The notes beneath the pieces were generated by a model. That model saw only the letters and a list, made by a program, of their open reading frames with translations, had not been told where the DNA came from and did not search any database. Below are positions 7,326 to 16,124 of a DNA stretch of 34,973 bases, piece by piece. Location of the stretch: contig DASVHF010000071.1 of assembly GCA_036382695.1 (NCBI GenBank), positions 1-34,973 on the forward strand, written 5' to 3'. How positions within the stretch are numbered: the first letter of the stretch is position 1; each line of letters begins with the position of its first letter. Source of the DNA: Candidatus Nanoarchaeia archaeon (GTDB lineage Bacteria; Patescibacteriota; Microgenomatia; Woykebacterales; RBG-16-39-9b). Both the position numbers and the translations under genes were made by a program.

Positions 7326-8159
7326 ATGGCTGATATACCAACTGACCCAACAAAAAGCCAAGAACCGGCAAGTCCTGGAGGAACGGTTCCACCAGCGGAA
7401 ACTCCACCGGCTGCAGGCGTCGGCCAAGACCCTACCATACCATCAGTACCTAGTAGTGCCGCACCACAGCCACCAAACCCAAGCCCGCCACCACCACCAG
7501 TGCAACCAGAGCAAGCAACATCTATTCCTCTAGGAGGATTGCCTAGTGTTGAGCCACCACCTCCGTTTGATACGCCAACACAACCAAGCACCGATCCACC
7601 TCCACTAACCCCGACTGAGCCTACTTTTCCGGCGCCGCAAACACAACCAGAACCATTGGCACCACCGCCACCTCCACCTGACCCAGTAAGCCCACCTCTG
7701 CCGGAACCAACAACTCAGCCGCCATTTGAACCAATGAGTCAGCCTCAACCTGAGTCATCGACATCGCCAATGGAACCAATAGCCGGACCGGTGGACCCAA
7801 GCCCCCCACCACTAGCTACGCAGTCACAACCAACGATGCCAGGTCAAGCTCAACCTTTAAGTGCTGACGAAGTGGGCCCGCCTTGGATGCGAACCGATCC
7901 AAGTGTACGAGCTGCTCAGGATTCAGTAGCATCTGATATCGGGACGGCTGACGTAGCACCGGGCGTACAGACCCCTGAAGGTTCATTCCCTTGGCAAGCA
8001 CCTTCGGAAGAACCTAGCGCTCAAACTACACTTGAAGAGAGCGAGGCTGCTAGTGAAGGCCACTTCCCCGTGGTAATATTCGTAATTTTAGTACTAGGAA
8101 TTATTATCGCAATTGGGGTATTCCTCTTCACTCAAGGCGCACTTCCTTTTGGCGGTTAG
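7326..8159 (+). CDS. proline-rich low-complexity protein with a single C-terminal transmembrane helix (tail-anchored)
   Basis: About 240 aa of P/T/Q/E/S-rich sequence with no signal peptide, ending in FPVVIFVILVLGIIIAIGVFLF. The DNA is strongly G+C-enriched relative to its flanks. The Gly-rich antisense ORF 7244-7591 is a mirror artefact. Confidence 0.65.
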   Translation: MADIPTDPTKSQEPASPGGTVPPAETPPAAGVGQDPTIPSVPSSAAPQPPNPSPPPPPVQPEQATSIPLGGLPSVEPPPPFDTPTQPSTDPPPLTPTEPTFPAPQTQPEPLAPPPPPPDPVSPPLPEPTTQPPFEPMSQPQPESSTSPMEPIAGPVDPSPPPLATQSQPTMPGQAQPLSADEVGPPWMRTDPSVRAAQDSVASDIGTADVAPGVQTPEGSFPWQAPSEEPSAQTTLEESEAASEGHFPVVIFVILVLGIIIAIGVFLFTQGALPFGG

Positions 8160-8192
8160 ATAAAAAGTGCCTTACCTTTTAAGCAACCCTTC

Positions 8193-8876
8193 CTAACGAC
8201 CAAAATTTCTTACTTGATTGGCATAATCTTTCAGTGCTTTTTGCAATTGTCCTCCGTCAAAATCTGGCCATAAGGTGTCTGTAAAATATAACTCTGAATA
8301 CGCAGCTTGCCAAATTAGAAAATTAGAAAGTCTCCTGCGTCCCCCAGTTCTAATAACTAACTCGGGATCAGGTAAGTCAGCCGAATAAAGACCTTTTTCG
8401 AATTCTTCTTCCGTGAATTGTAAATTCTTTTCTGCTAGTCTCCTTGCTGCCCGTATTATCTCGGCTCTACCACCATAGTTTATAGCGAGATTTATCGTTG
8501 CCCGCTTGCCGCCGGAAAGCTGTTTTACTGCTCCTTTTATTGCTAGCCTTGTCACAACTGGCAAGGCTCCAATTTCTCCAAAAATATTTACTTTTACGCC
8601 ATTTTTCTTTAATCGCGGGATATGCTGTTTGATTCCTTCCTCTATTAGATTTAAAAGTCCAGCAATTTCTTCTCTAGTACGATTCTTGTAATTCTCGGTG
8701 GAAAGGGTATAGAAAGTCAGATATTTTATACCTACCCCAGCTGCATATTCGACCACTTTTATCAAAGCATCCACACCTTTCCGATGACCTTCAGTGGGTG
8801 AGAGACCTCGTCTTTTTGCCCAACGTCGGTTACCGTCCATGATTATTGCTACATGAGCTGGGGTGTTTTTTTTCAT
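8193..8876 (-). CDS. uppS: isoprenyl transferase (undecaprenyl-diphosphate synthase)
   Basis: HVAIIMDGNRRWAKRRGL, ...LTFYTLSTENYKNR..., RTGGRRRLSNFLIWQAAYSELYF. Confidence 0.93.
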   Translation of the reverse strand: MKKNTPAHVAIIMDGNRRWAKRRGLSPTEGHRKGVDALIKVVEYAAGVGIKYLTFYTLSTENYKNRTREEIAGLLNLIEEGIKQHIPRLKKNGVKVNIFGEIGALPVVTRLAIKGAVKQLSGGKRATINLAINYGGRAEIIRAARRLAEKNLQFTEEEFEKGLYSADLPDPELVIRTGGRRRLSNFLIWQAAYSELYFTDTLWPDFDGGQLQKALKDYANQVRNFGR

Positions 8877-8884
8877 AGATGTAA

Positions 8885-8916
8885 ATTATATCTCGCCAGA
8901 GAAACAATCGTCGAGA
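8885..8916 (-). promoter_or_regulatory. promoter cassette with consensus -10 (TATAAT, 8890-8885), 8 nt before the uppS ATG (probably a leaderless mRNA)
   Basis: Minus strand reads TCTCGACGATTGTTTCTCTGGCGAGATATAAT. It is a paralogue of 1599-1629. Confidence 0.55.
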
Positions 8917-8978
8917 TGTAATCGAAGACGATTATAACAATAGGGATCTGTTATCACAATTTCTTAAGCACAGATATT

Positions 8979-10154
8979 TTGACTAAAGACTCAGAAGCGG
9001 CTAAACTTAAGTTACCAAAGATGGAGCAGACTGCCCAAACCAAAATCAAACAACAACCCCCACAAATAAATAGCGGCCATTTTTCTGAAGAAGGCGGCGA
9101 AAGTTTACTGACTGAAATTAAAAATCTTCACAACCAGGTGCAAAGCACCGACCTCCCTCCCCAACTGAAAGAGGAGCTGAACCACTCATTAAACAGGCTA
9201 AACAGGGCCATGCAACACTCATTTTACCAAGCAGAGTTTGAACAAACTTCTAGATATATTGAATGGCTCGCTTCTGTACCTTGGATCAAAAGAAGTGAAG
9301 ATAATCTAGATCTATCAAAAGCTAAGGAGATTTTAAACAGTAACCACTATGGTTTGGACCAAATAAAAGAAAGGGTCTTAGAATATTTGGCTGTATTAAA
9401 ACTCCAGGCTGAAAAAGAAAAGTCAAATGTAGTCCGCCTTTCCCGCTCTCCAGTTCTGTGTTTTGTCGGACTCCCAGGGACTGGTAAAACCTCGCTGGGT
9501 GCTTCAATTGCAGAAAGTTTAAACAGAGCCTTTATTCGAATCCCAATGGGAGGTATGAGTACGCCACTTATCCTACGTGGTCAAACAAAATCTCTACCAG
9601 AAGCAGAACCAGGGATGATTATAAAAGGCTTGCGGCGGGCTGGAACTAAAAACCCCGTTATCTTACTGGACGAGATAGATTCGGTTGCTCAAGGAGCTGA
9701 AAGCGACATCATGGGAGTTTTGTTAGAACTACTTGATCCAGAACAAAATAGTACATTCACCGATTACTACATTGACCATCCATTTGATCTTTCAGAAGTA
9801 TTATTTATTTGCTCAGCCAATAAAATTGGTAACTTAACCGGAGCGGTGATGGATCGTCTCGAAGTAATAATTATGCCCCGTTACACTGATAACGACAAAG
9901 TCCATATCGGTCGAGACTATTTGCTACCCAAAGAATTAAGAAATGTGGGTTTGGAAGGCAGGCCGGTCAAGTTCGCGGATGATGTTTGGCCGGCCATTAT
10001 CAAGCCTTTCGGCTACGAAATTGATATCAGATCACTTCAGCGAACGATCAATGGAATTTTGCGAAAAGTAGCAAAAAGGTACGTGGAAGGACAGCTGAAC
10101 GAGGTTACGATTACTACCGCTAATTTGCCTGAATTCCTTCCAGAATTTGTTTAA
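8979..10154 (+). CDS. Lon-like AAA+ ATPase lacking both the N-terminal LON domain and the C-terminal protease domain
   Basis: Collinear with Lon residues about 230-600: LDLSKAKEILNSNHYGLDQIKERVLEYLAV, Walker A GLPGTGKTS, Walker B ILLDEIDS, LLELLDPEQNSTFTDYYIDHPFDLS, and DRLEV. It ends where Lon_C would begin. The start is uncertain (TTG 8979 or ATG 9021). Confidence 0.8.
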   Translation: MTKDSEAAKLKLPKMEQTAQTKIKQQPPQINSGHFSEEGGESLLTEIKNLHNQVQSTDLPPQLKEELNHSLNRLNRAMQHSFYQAEFEQTSRYIEWLASVPWIKRSEDNLDLSKAKEILNSNHYGLDQIKERVLEYLAVLKLQAEKEKSNVVRLSRSPVLCFVGLPGTGKTSLGASIAESLNRAFIRIPMGGMSTPLILRGQTKSLPEAEPGMIIKGLRRAGTKNPVILLDEIDSVAQGAESDIMGVLLELLDPEQNSTFTDYYIDHPFDLSEVLFICSANKIGNLTGAVMDRLEVIIMPRYTDNDKVHIGRDYLLPKELRNVGLEGRPVKFADDVWPAIIKPFGYEIDIRSLQRTINGILRKVAKRYVEGQLNEVTITTANLPEFLPEFV

Positions 10155-10296
10155 ACATTGACCTAACTTCGCACCAACCCAAGAATTTCCTCACAAGCAC
10201 AAAGTTGGCTTAAAAGTCAATTGGAGATGAAACTTGAAAAAAAGTTTATTTTGTTGTATCCTATAATATCAATATTTCGGCCCGCTTAGAAAAATT

Positions 10297-11007
10297 ATGA
10301 TTTCTGTAGAAAATAAAACGCTTTTAGTCGTCGCCGCACATCCAGATGATGAAGTTCTCGGCTGTGGAGGCTTGATTAGCAAAATAAAAGAGGCAGGCGG
10401 GAAAGTCTTTATTCTGTTCCTCACCAATGGAACAACCAAAGATTTCTCTGCTCGGGGAGTTTCCACCGAGGTAGAAAGAGAGGAAGAAATCAAAAAAGTA
10501 GCCAAATCTCTGCATTTCGATGGCTACCGAATCGCTTTTCCAGGAGATGATTATCATTTAAAATTAGATCAAGTCCCCCAAAAACAAATTATCCATGAAA
10601 TAGAACGTGGAGAAAAAATTTCTTTGGAAACTACCAAACCAGATATCATTGCTCTACCGTTTTTTGGAGATTACAATCAAGATCACTCTGCTACTGCGAA
10701 GGCCGCATTTTCAGCTTGCCGACCATCTCTAAGGACTAAAAAATTTGTTCCGGATCTAATTCTAGCCTACGAGGAACCAACAGATTCTTGGTCCCTTGAG
10801 CCCCAAACTAAGCTTAATTTCTTTATAGAACTTGATGAAAGAGAGGTTGATGGTAAAATGAAAGCCTTAAGTTTATATCAAAGCCAGGTAAGAGGGAAGG
10901 GTCATCCGAGAAACCTTCAAGTTTTGAAGTCATTGGCTGTCATCCGCGGATCGATGATCGGTGCAGCTTTCGCTGAAGGTTTTTATTGCCATAAATTAAG
11001 AGCATGA
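10297..11007 (+). CDS. PIG-L/LmbE-family N-acetylglucosaminyl deacetylase
   Basis: LLVVAAHPDDEVLGCGG plus a downstream NQDH motif. Confidence 0.85.
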   Translation: MISVENKTLLVVAAHPDDEVLGCGGLISKIKEAGGKVFILFLTNGTTKDFSARGVSTEVEREEEIKKVAKSLHFDGYRIAFPGDDYHLKLDQVPQKQIIHEIERGEKISLETTKPDIIALPFFGDYNQDHSATAKAAFSACRPSLRTKKFVPDLILAYEEPTDSWSLEPQTKLNFFIELDEREVDGKMKALSLYQSQVRGKGHPRNLQVLKSLAVIRGSMIGAAFAEGFYCHKLRA

Positions 11008-11813
11008 GATACTCAGCTATCCAACCCCAATATTTTCCACGTCTGCATTATTTTGCCCGAATTTTAAATGCGGATATATTTATGATTCGCGATGACGTCC
11101 AATTTGTTCGGAAACATAAATACCCAAACGGCAAGACAGATAAATCATACCAGGCGGACACTCCAATAAAGCAGTCTTTTGGTACTTATCTCTTATCTGT
11201 CCCAACCAGACATGAGGGTAAAAACTCCCTCGCGAAAACAAAAATATCTTACGATCAACCCTGGCTAGAGAAACACCAAAAAACTTTGCAGTTTGTTCAT
11301 GGAAAATCTTTAAATTTTCATCGCTTACATCAAGAAATAAACGAACTTTTGAGCGCTAGGTACGAAAACTTAGCGGATTTAAATAACGCAACTATTTTTT
11401 GGGGAATTCTTCGTCTACTTGAGGAGCCAAAAATCACCACTGGCAAGCTTTCAATAGACTTTCTCAACAGTAAATTAAAAAATCAACGACTATTTCGTTT
11501 AAAAGAAATCAAAAAAGCTTCAGATAGTAAGGCGCTAAAAGCTAGTAAAAATCTAGGACCAAATGAAAAAATAATTGCCCTCTGTAAGGAAATTGGCGCA
11601 AATGAGGATTATTGCGGCGGAACAGCTCATACAGCTTATATGGACCCAGCACTTTTCAGAAAAAACGGAATAAAACTCACTGTTCAAGATTGGAAATGTA
11701 GGCAGTACCCACAACTGTTTACCAAACAAGTCGGCTTTATACCAAACCTCTCAATCATTGATCTTCTTATGAATGTCCCGAAAGATGAAGCTGTGAAAAT
11801 CATCAAAGGATAG
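11004..11813 (+). CDS. WbqC-like family protein (function unknown, glycan-cluster associated)
   Basis: N-terminal IQPQYFPRLHYFARILNADIFMIRDDVQF matches the WbqC pattern (QP.y.P..gYF......D.fv..DDVqf). 4-nt overlap with the PIG-L gene. Confidence 0.6.
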   Translation: MRYSAIQPQYFPRLHYFARILNADIFMIRDDVQFVRKHKYPNGKTDKSYQADTPIKQSFGTYLLSVPTRHEGKNSLAKTKISYDQPWLEKHQKTLQFVHGKSLNFHRLHQEINELLSARYENLADLNNATIFWGILRLLEEPKITTGKLSIDFLNSKLKNQRLFRLKEIKKASDSKALKASKNLGPNEKIIALCKEIGANEDYCGGTAHTAYMDPALFRKNGIKLTVQDWKCRQYPQLFTKQVGFIPNLSIIDLLMNVPKDEAVKIIKG

Positions 11814-11931
11814 GAAGTCAACGCTCGCCAAACACCCCAAATACCCAACTGTAACATTTAACTACAGGTTTTATAAATGTATTATAATAGAGCCGGAGGT
11901 TTACATTAATCGGCTTTTTAGGAATATTCTA

Positions 11932-13143
11932 TTGTTGGTAGCAATACCGCTATTGACGTCTTCTTTGCTAGTAATTGGATGCCTCTATTCCAAATCAAAC
12001 ACTTCGATTAGTAATATAAAAGTTACCACGATAAAAGGACTAAAATACACCTATAAAGAAACGCTTCCAGATAATAATTTGGAAGCGGAAGGTGCTTTGA
12101 ATATCATAGCGTCTATCAAAGCGATGAATATTTTAGACAGAGTGTTTTCGACGTCTTCTGCAAATAACAGCACCAGAAAAGTGTTGGGCTGGATACCATT
12201 TTGGGACCAACAATCGGCCTTTGCTTCCTTCAAGCAGAACGTTGCTTCTTTCGATTACATTTCAGTCTTTTGGTATTTGCTCAGAAGTGACGGATCGGTA
12301 AATAAATATATTTATGCCTCTGACGATTCTTCCGTGATAAGTTTTGCTCACTCGAAAAAGGTAAAGGTCTTAGCTCTCGTTGCAAACCTACCGGATGAAG
12401 ATGAGAGAGGGAATTGGGACTCCAACCGAGTTGATAAAGTAATAAGTAGCAGCGCCTCAAGAAAAAAACATATCGTCGATTTAGTCACATTAGCAAAAAG
12501 TCGCGGTTTTGATGGAATCAACATTGATTATGAAGCTCTAAGAAAAGACCAAAAAGAAAATTTCACCGCTTTTATAAAAGAGCTTTCCTTCGCATTGCAC
12601 AAACACGGCAAGATCTTAGCAGTCGCCCTTCATCCAAAGATTACCGAAGGCGATCCTGCTTATTCTAACGGCTCCGAGGCCCAAGATTGGCGACAATTGT
12701 CCAAATATGCTGACCAACTCCACCTTATGACCTATGAGCAGCATTGGGAGGATTCTCCTCCTGGCCCAATTGCATCTATTCCGTGGGTTTCCTCGGTTTT
12801 AAATTACGCTAAGCAGCTGATCCCGGCTAACAAGCTTTTTGCAGGCGTTCCACTTTATGGTTACGGTTGGAGCAATACCCCAAAAGCAAAAGGTTTAACA
12901 TATCAGAACGTTCAGAGTTTGATCAGTCAATATAAACCAAAGGTTACCTGGGATCCTATCGCTCAAAGCCATCACTTTGGCTATAGAGCAGCTGGTGTGA
13001 CCCATTCAGTATGGTATGAAGATGACGCCAGCTTCAAGAAAAAAATGGAGTTGTTCAACTATCTTGGTATCTCCAACCTCGCCTTCTGGCGCCTCGGTGG
13101 CGAAGACACCCGCGTTTGGAATACTTTACGCAATTCCCCATAA
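11932..13143 (+). CDS. GH18-family glycoside hydrolase lipoprotein (YaaH/SleL-like branch)
   Basis: Lipobox LLVIGC near the N-terminus. The catalytic strand is GFDGINIDYE (DxxNxDxE; the middle Asp is Asn). The start codon is uncertain (TTG 11932). Confidence 0.75.
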   Translation: MLVAIPLLTSSLLVIGCLYSKSNTSISNIKVTTIKGLKYTYKETLPDNNLEAEGALNIIASIKAMNILDRVFSTSSANNSTRKVLGWIPFWDQQSAFASFKQNVASFDYISVFWYLLRSDGSVNKYIYASDDSSVISFAHSKKVKVLALVANLPDEDERGNWDSNRVDKVISSSASRKKHIVDLVTLAKSRGFDGINIDYEALRKDQKENFTAFIKELSFALHKHGKILAVALHPKITEGDPAYSNGSEAQDWRQLSKYADQLHLMTYEQHWEDSPPGPIASIPWVSSVLNYAKQLIPANKLFAGVPLYGYGWSNTPKAKGLTYQNVQSLISQYKPKVTWDPIAQSHHFGYRAAGVTHSVWYEDDASFKKKMELFNYLGISNLAFWRLGGEDTRVWNTLRNSP

Positions 13144-13212
13144 CCTTGCACCGCTATAGGTTTTGTGGTACACTTCCTCCTCACTATTTCTCTTGTGAAA
13201 GGAGAGATCAGC

Positions 13213-13791
13213 ATGTCCGGCCTACCCGATAACGCAATGACGGCCTTCGGCAACGGCAAATTCATGAAGGTAATCTACTGGCCTTTCGCCAAACCCGACG
13301 GTTCAGTCGGCATCCAAAGTCGGGTGTTTCTCTGGAACGGTGCACTCGCAATCGCTCTGGATGAGAAGACTCATGAGGTCTACGTAGTTCGCCAGACAAG
13401 GGAGTCGCCAAAAGGCCAGATCGTCACGATCGAGCTGCCAGGAGGTGGGGTCGACCCAGGTGATAACCCGCGTCAAACTGCGATAAATGAATTGTTCGAA
13501 GAAGCCGGAGTATCTGCAGCCAAAGACGGGAAGGTAGTCCAGCTTTACGGTGATGATGGTATTCACCCCATCGACGGTCTAGCCTTTACCGACCAACATG
13601 CTTTTCTCTTTCTGAGCGGAAAGAGCCTGATGGAGCCAACAGGTGATGAGAATACCGAGGTAGCTACAATACCACTCTCAGAACTCATCGCGATGGACAA
13701 TCACAACGAATTCCGAGATCCGCTCAGCCCGTACGCTCTACGCCGAGCCCAGGACTGGCTACGCGAAAACCGGCCTGATCTACTGACGTAG
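13213..13791 (+). CDS. NUDIX hydrolase
   Basis: Nudix box GGGVDPGDNPRQTAINELFEEAGV. The ATG at 13213 has the SD AAAGGAGAG 6 nt upstream; the ORF-track start at 13165 is less likely. The DNA is conspicuously G+C-rich. Confidence 0.85.
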   Translation: MSGLPDNAMTAFGNGKFMKVIYWPFAKPDGSVGIQSRVFLWNGALAIALDEKTHEVYVVRQTRESPKGQIVTIELPGGGVDPGDNPRQTAINELFEEAGVSAAKDGKVVQLYGDDGIHPIDGLAFTDQHAFLFLSGKSLMEPTGDENTEVATIPLSELIAMDNHNEFRDPLSPYALRRAQDWLRENRPDLLT

Positions 13792-13810
13792 AAACACCTG
13801 TCCACACCAG

Positions 13811-13846
13811 TCGCTCCGTTGGGTCATTAACCCGCGGAGCGATTTT
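13811..13846 (+). terminator. intrinsic terminator after the Nudix gene
   Basis: Stem TCGCTCCG (13811-13818) / CGGAGCGA (13835-13842) followed by TTTT. A second hairpin just downstream (about 13854-13875) may serve the convergent GT2 gene. Confidence 0.6.
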
Positions 13847-13890
13847 CGTAAGAAAACGTCGTTCGAAGAACGTTATTTTCGTTTTTAAGT

Positions 13891-15165
13891 TTAAGCAAGT
13901 TGCTCCTTACTTCTAGTTGGTGGTGTCCAGCGCCCGGCTGAAGAGCTGAAAAAGCCAGGAATTATGGAGCTAAGCAGCACAAGTGAGACCACAAAGTGCA
14001 TCGGAAAGAAAAACAATCCGTAGAAAAGCATCTGTGGTTTTTTGTTCATCAGACCGATTACTACCGTTGTCGCATAATCAATTAAAAAGACGCCGATAAA
14101 GATATCACCAAAAACTAGATGTCTATACGGCCCAAAATGTTGGTAAAGGCTGGTAAATCCACCTAGTATAGAGTTTGCCCCCGAATACCAGGTTGGTACA
14201 AGATAAAGCAGCAAAAGGGGTACGAAAAGAACAAAAATAGAATTAGCTATCACTTCAAAAGAAAAAACCCCAAGTGTGAGCCAGAAAAAAGAAGGCCAAA
14301 TACCATTTGCTTTAACAGTCTGAAAAAATCCAATATTCCAGCGCCGTACTTGAGACACATAATCTTTCAGGTTATCTGGATACTGATCCCAAGCGATCAA
14401 TGAAGGGTGGTAACCTAGTTTTGCAATCTTCTTTTTGTGAAACTGGAAGGCAAGATTGAAATCCTCAATCAGTATACCTGGAGTATCGATTTTAAGTTGT
14501 TTCAATATGTCCGAGCGGTATATAGTACAAAATCCAGGAATCACATAATTAACGCTAGTATATTTCCAAGTCTGGCCATAGATCAACAAATATTGAAGCA
14601 TCCGGTTGAGTCGTTCCCGATAGGAAATGAAGTAGTATTTTAGACTCGGAATCCAGTGTTGCCGCCAGACTATTCTTGAACCAGCGAAAACTACTCCAAT
14701 AGTCGGATCGTTGAAAAAAGGCAAGGCTTTATTTATCAGTTGGCTATCAGGTCGGGTGTCAGCATCTAGTATGAAGATCAGTTTATATCTTTCATATAGT
14801 CGGTAATAGTCTAGCAAATAAACCATTGCCCTTGCCTTGCCTCGAGCAGGATCAAGTAGCGAAACGTTACAACCTTCCTCCTGTGCTATTTCGTATGTTT
14901 TGTCAACCCAGCCATCAGCAACAACATAAATTTGGCTTTTATCGAGCATTTTTTTAAGGGCTTGGATAGATTCGCGGATCACCAATTCTTCTTTGTGAGC
15001 TGGTAATATCACCGCGATATCGCTTGCTTTCATTTTGTTTGGGCCTGGCGCTGGATAGATGGATCTTTTGATAAATTTTTCGATTACAAATCGTATTAGA
15101 CCCACGATGGCCCAAAAGGTAACACTTATTCCTATCGGCAAGCCAAAAGGAGAAATTGGTTTCAT
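13891..15165 (-). CDS. membrane-embedded processive family-2 glycosyltransferase (PgaC/IcaA/NodC/cellulose-synthase-like)
   Basis: N-terminal TM helix, then ILPAHKEE, FILDADTRPD, LIEDFNLAF and QVRRW (the QxxRW motif), then about 4 C-terminal TM helices. Confidence 0.8.
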   Translation of the reverse strand: MKPISPFGLPIGISVTFWAIVGLIRFVIEKFIKRSIYPAPGPNKMKASDIAVILPAHKEELVIRESIQALKKMLDKSQIYVVADGWVDKTYEIAQEEGCNVSLLDPARGKARAMVYLLDYYRLYERYKLIFILDADTRPDSQLINKALPFFNDPTIGVVFAGSRIVWRQHWIPSLKYYFISYRERLNRMLQYLLIYGQTWKYTSVNYVIPGFCTIYRSDILKQLKIDTPGILIEDFNLAFQFHKKKIAKLGYHPSLIAWDQYPDNLKDYVSQVRRWNIGFFQTVKANGIWPSFFWLTLGVFSFEVIANSIFVLFVPLLLLYLVPTWYSGANSILGGFTSLYQHFGPYRHLVFGDIFIGVFLIDYATTVVIGLMNKKPQMLFYGLFFFPMHFVVSLVLLSSIIPGFFSSSAGRWTPPTRSKEQLA

Positions 15166-15167
15166 TT

Positions 15168-16124
15168 TTAACCTACTTTCTGCGGTTCTAATTCGTTGAA
15201 AAGCTGGGCAAGTCCTTCTTCGAGGCGGATTTTTGGAGACCAGCCAAGTGAGGTAATTTTCCCCAAGTCTGGGCGACGAGATTGATGATCGTGGGCGGGT
15301 CTGTCCTCATGTTTAATTCCAACGTCCCTACCAGCAAGTTTAAGCATAAGTTTCGCAATATCGGCAATTGTAACTTCTTCAGCACCACCAATATTGTAAA
15401 CTTGACCGCTCTCACCTTTTCTCATCGTCAATACCAAACCCTGTACCAAATCGCTCGCGTGACAAAAAGTCCTTTTCTGCGTTCCATCTCCATGAATGGT
15501 TAAGGGGCTGCTGTTACTTAGCTGGTTGAAAAATTTTGGAATCACACGCTGATCCTTCTCTGACATATTCGGGCCATAGGTATTGAAGACACGCGCAATT
15601 TTCCCATCCAACCTACACCTACGGCAGTACATAACAATTAAACTTTCAGCGAACCGCTTTCCTTCTTCATATGGACTTCTTATTCCAGTCGGGTCAACAT
15701 TACCGGTATATTCCTCTTTTTGGGGATAAACCTGCGGATCACCATAAACTTCCGATGAACTCGTAAATAAAAATTTGGCCCTGGCCTTGAGAGCAATATC
15801 AAGAATATTTTGTGTCCCTGCAGATGAAGCTAAAAGCATTTCTCTCGCCAAAGGTACTAGGTTTGGTACGCCTGTCGGACAGGCCAGGTGATACACTTCA
15901 TCAAAGCCTTCTCTTTCAAGCGCAAGTTTTTGACCCGAGTCTAGGCTCGCCACATCGGCTTGAAGGAAAGTGAAGTTGTCTCTTGCGGCAAGTTTATTAA
16001 TATTTTTAGGCGAACCAGTAATAAAGTTGTCCAATCCAAAGACCGAATCTCCTTCATCCAAAAGGTGTTCGGCTAAATTAGACCCGATAAAACCGGCTAC
16101 TCCGGTGATCAATATTTTTTTCAT
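15168..16124 (-). CDS. UDP-glucuronate decarboxylase (UDP-xylose synthase), SDR family
   Basis: ILITGVAGFIGSNL, SSSEVYGDPQVYPQKEEY and SPYEEGKRFAE (YxxxK) resemble UXS/ArnA-decarboxylase-type enzymes. Confidence 0.75.
   Translation of the reverse strand: MKKILITGVAGFIGSNLAEHLLDEGDSVFGLDNFITGSPKNINKLAARDNFTFLQADVASLDSGQKLALEREGFDEVYHLACPTGVPNLVPLAREMLLASSAGTQNILDIALKARAKFLFTSSSEVYGDPQVYPQKEEYTGNVDPTGIRSPYEEGKRFAESLIVMYCRRCRLDGKIARVFNTYGPNMSEKDQRVIPKFFNQLSNSSPLTIHGDGTQKRTFCHASDLVQGLVLTMRKGESGQVYNIGGAEEVTIADIAKLMLKLAGRDVGIKHEDRPAHDHQSRRPDLGKITSLGWSPKIRLEEGLAQLFNELEPQKVG

Noticed and set aside
7244-7591. 115-aa Gly-rich minus-strand ORF, and the 84-aa ORF at 7065-7319.
   Set aside because: The Gly-rich ORF is the reverse-complement mirror of the Pro-rich (CCN) coding region. 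The 84-aa ORF runs across the tRNA-Glu gene and its promoter.
7400-7800. Repetitive-looking CCA/CCG-rich DNA, possibly a tandem repeat or CRISPR-like array.
   Set aside because: There is no fixed-length repeat/spacer periodicity. It is compositional bias from proline codons within one long ORF.
10230-10254. AT-rich hairpin AAACTT-N6-AAGTTT followed by ATTTTG downstream of the Lon-like gene, possibly a terminator.
   Set aside because: The 6-bp stem has a single G:C pair, too weak to call with confidence from sequence alone.
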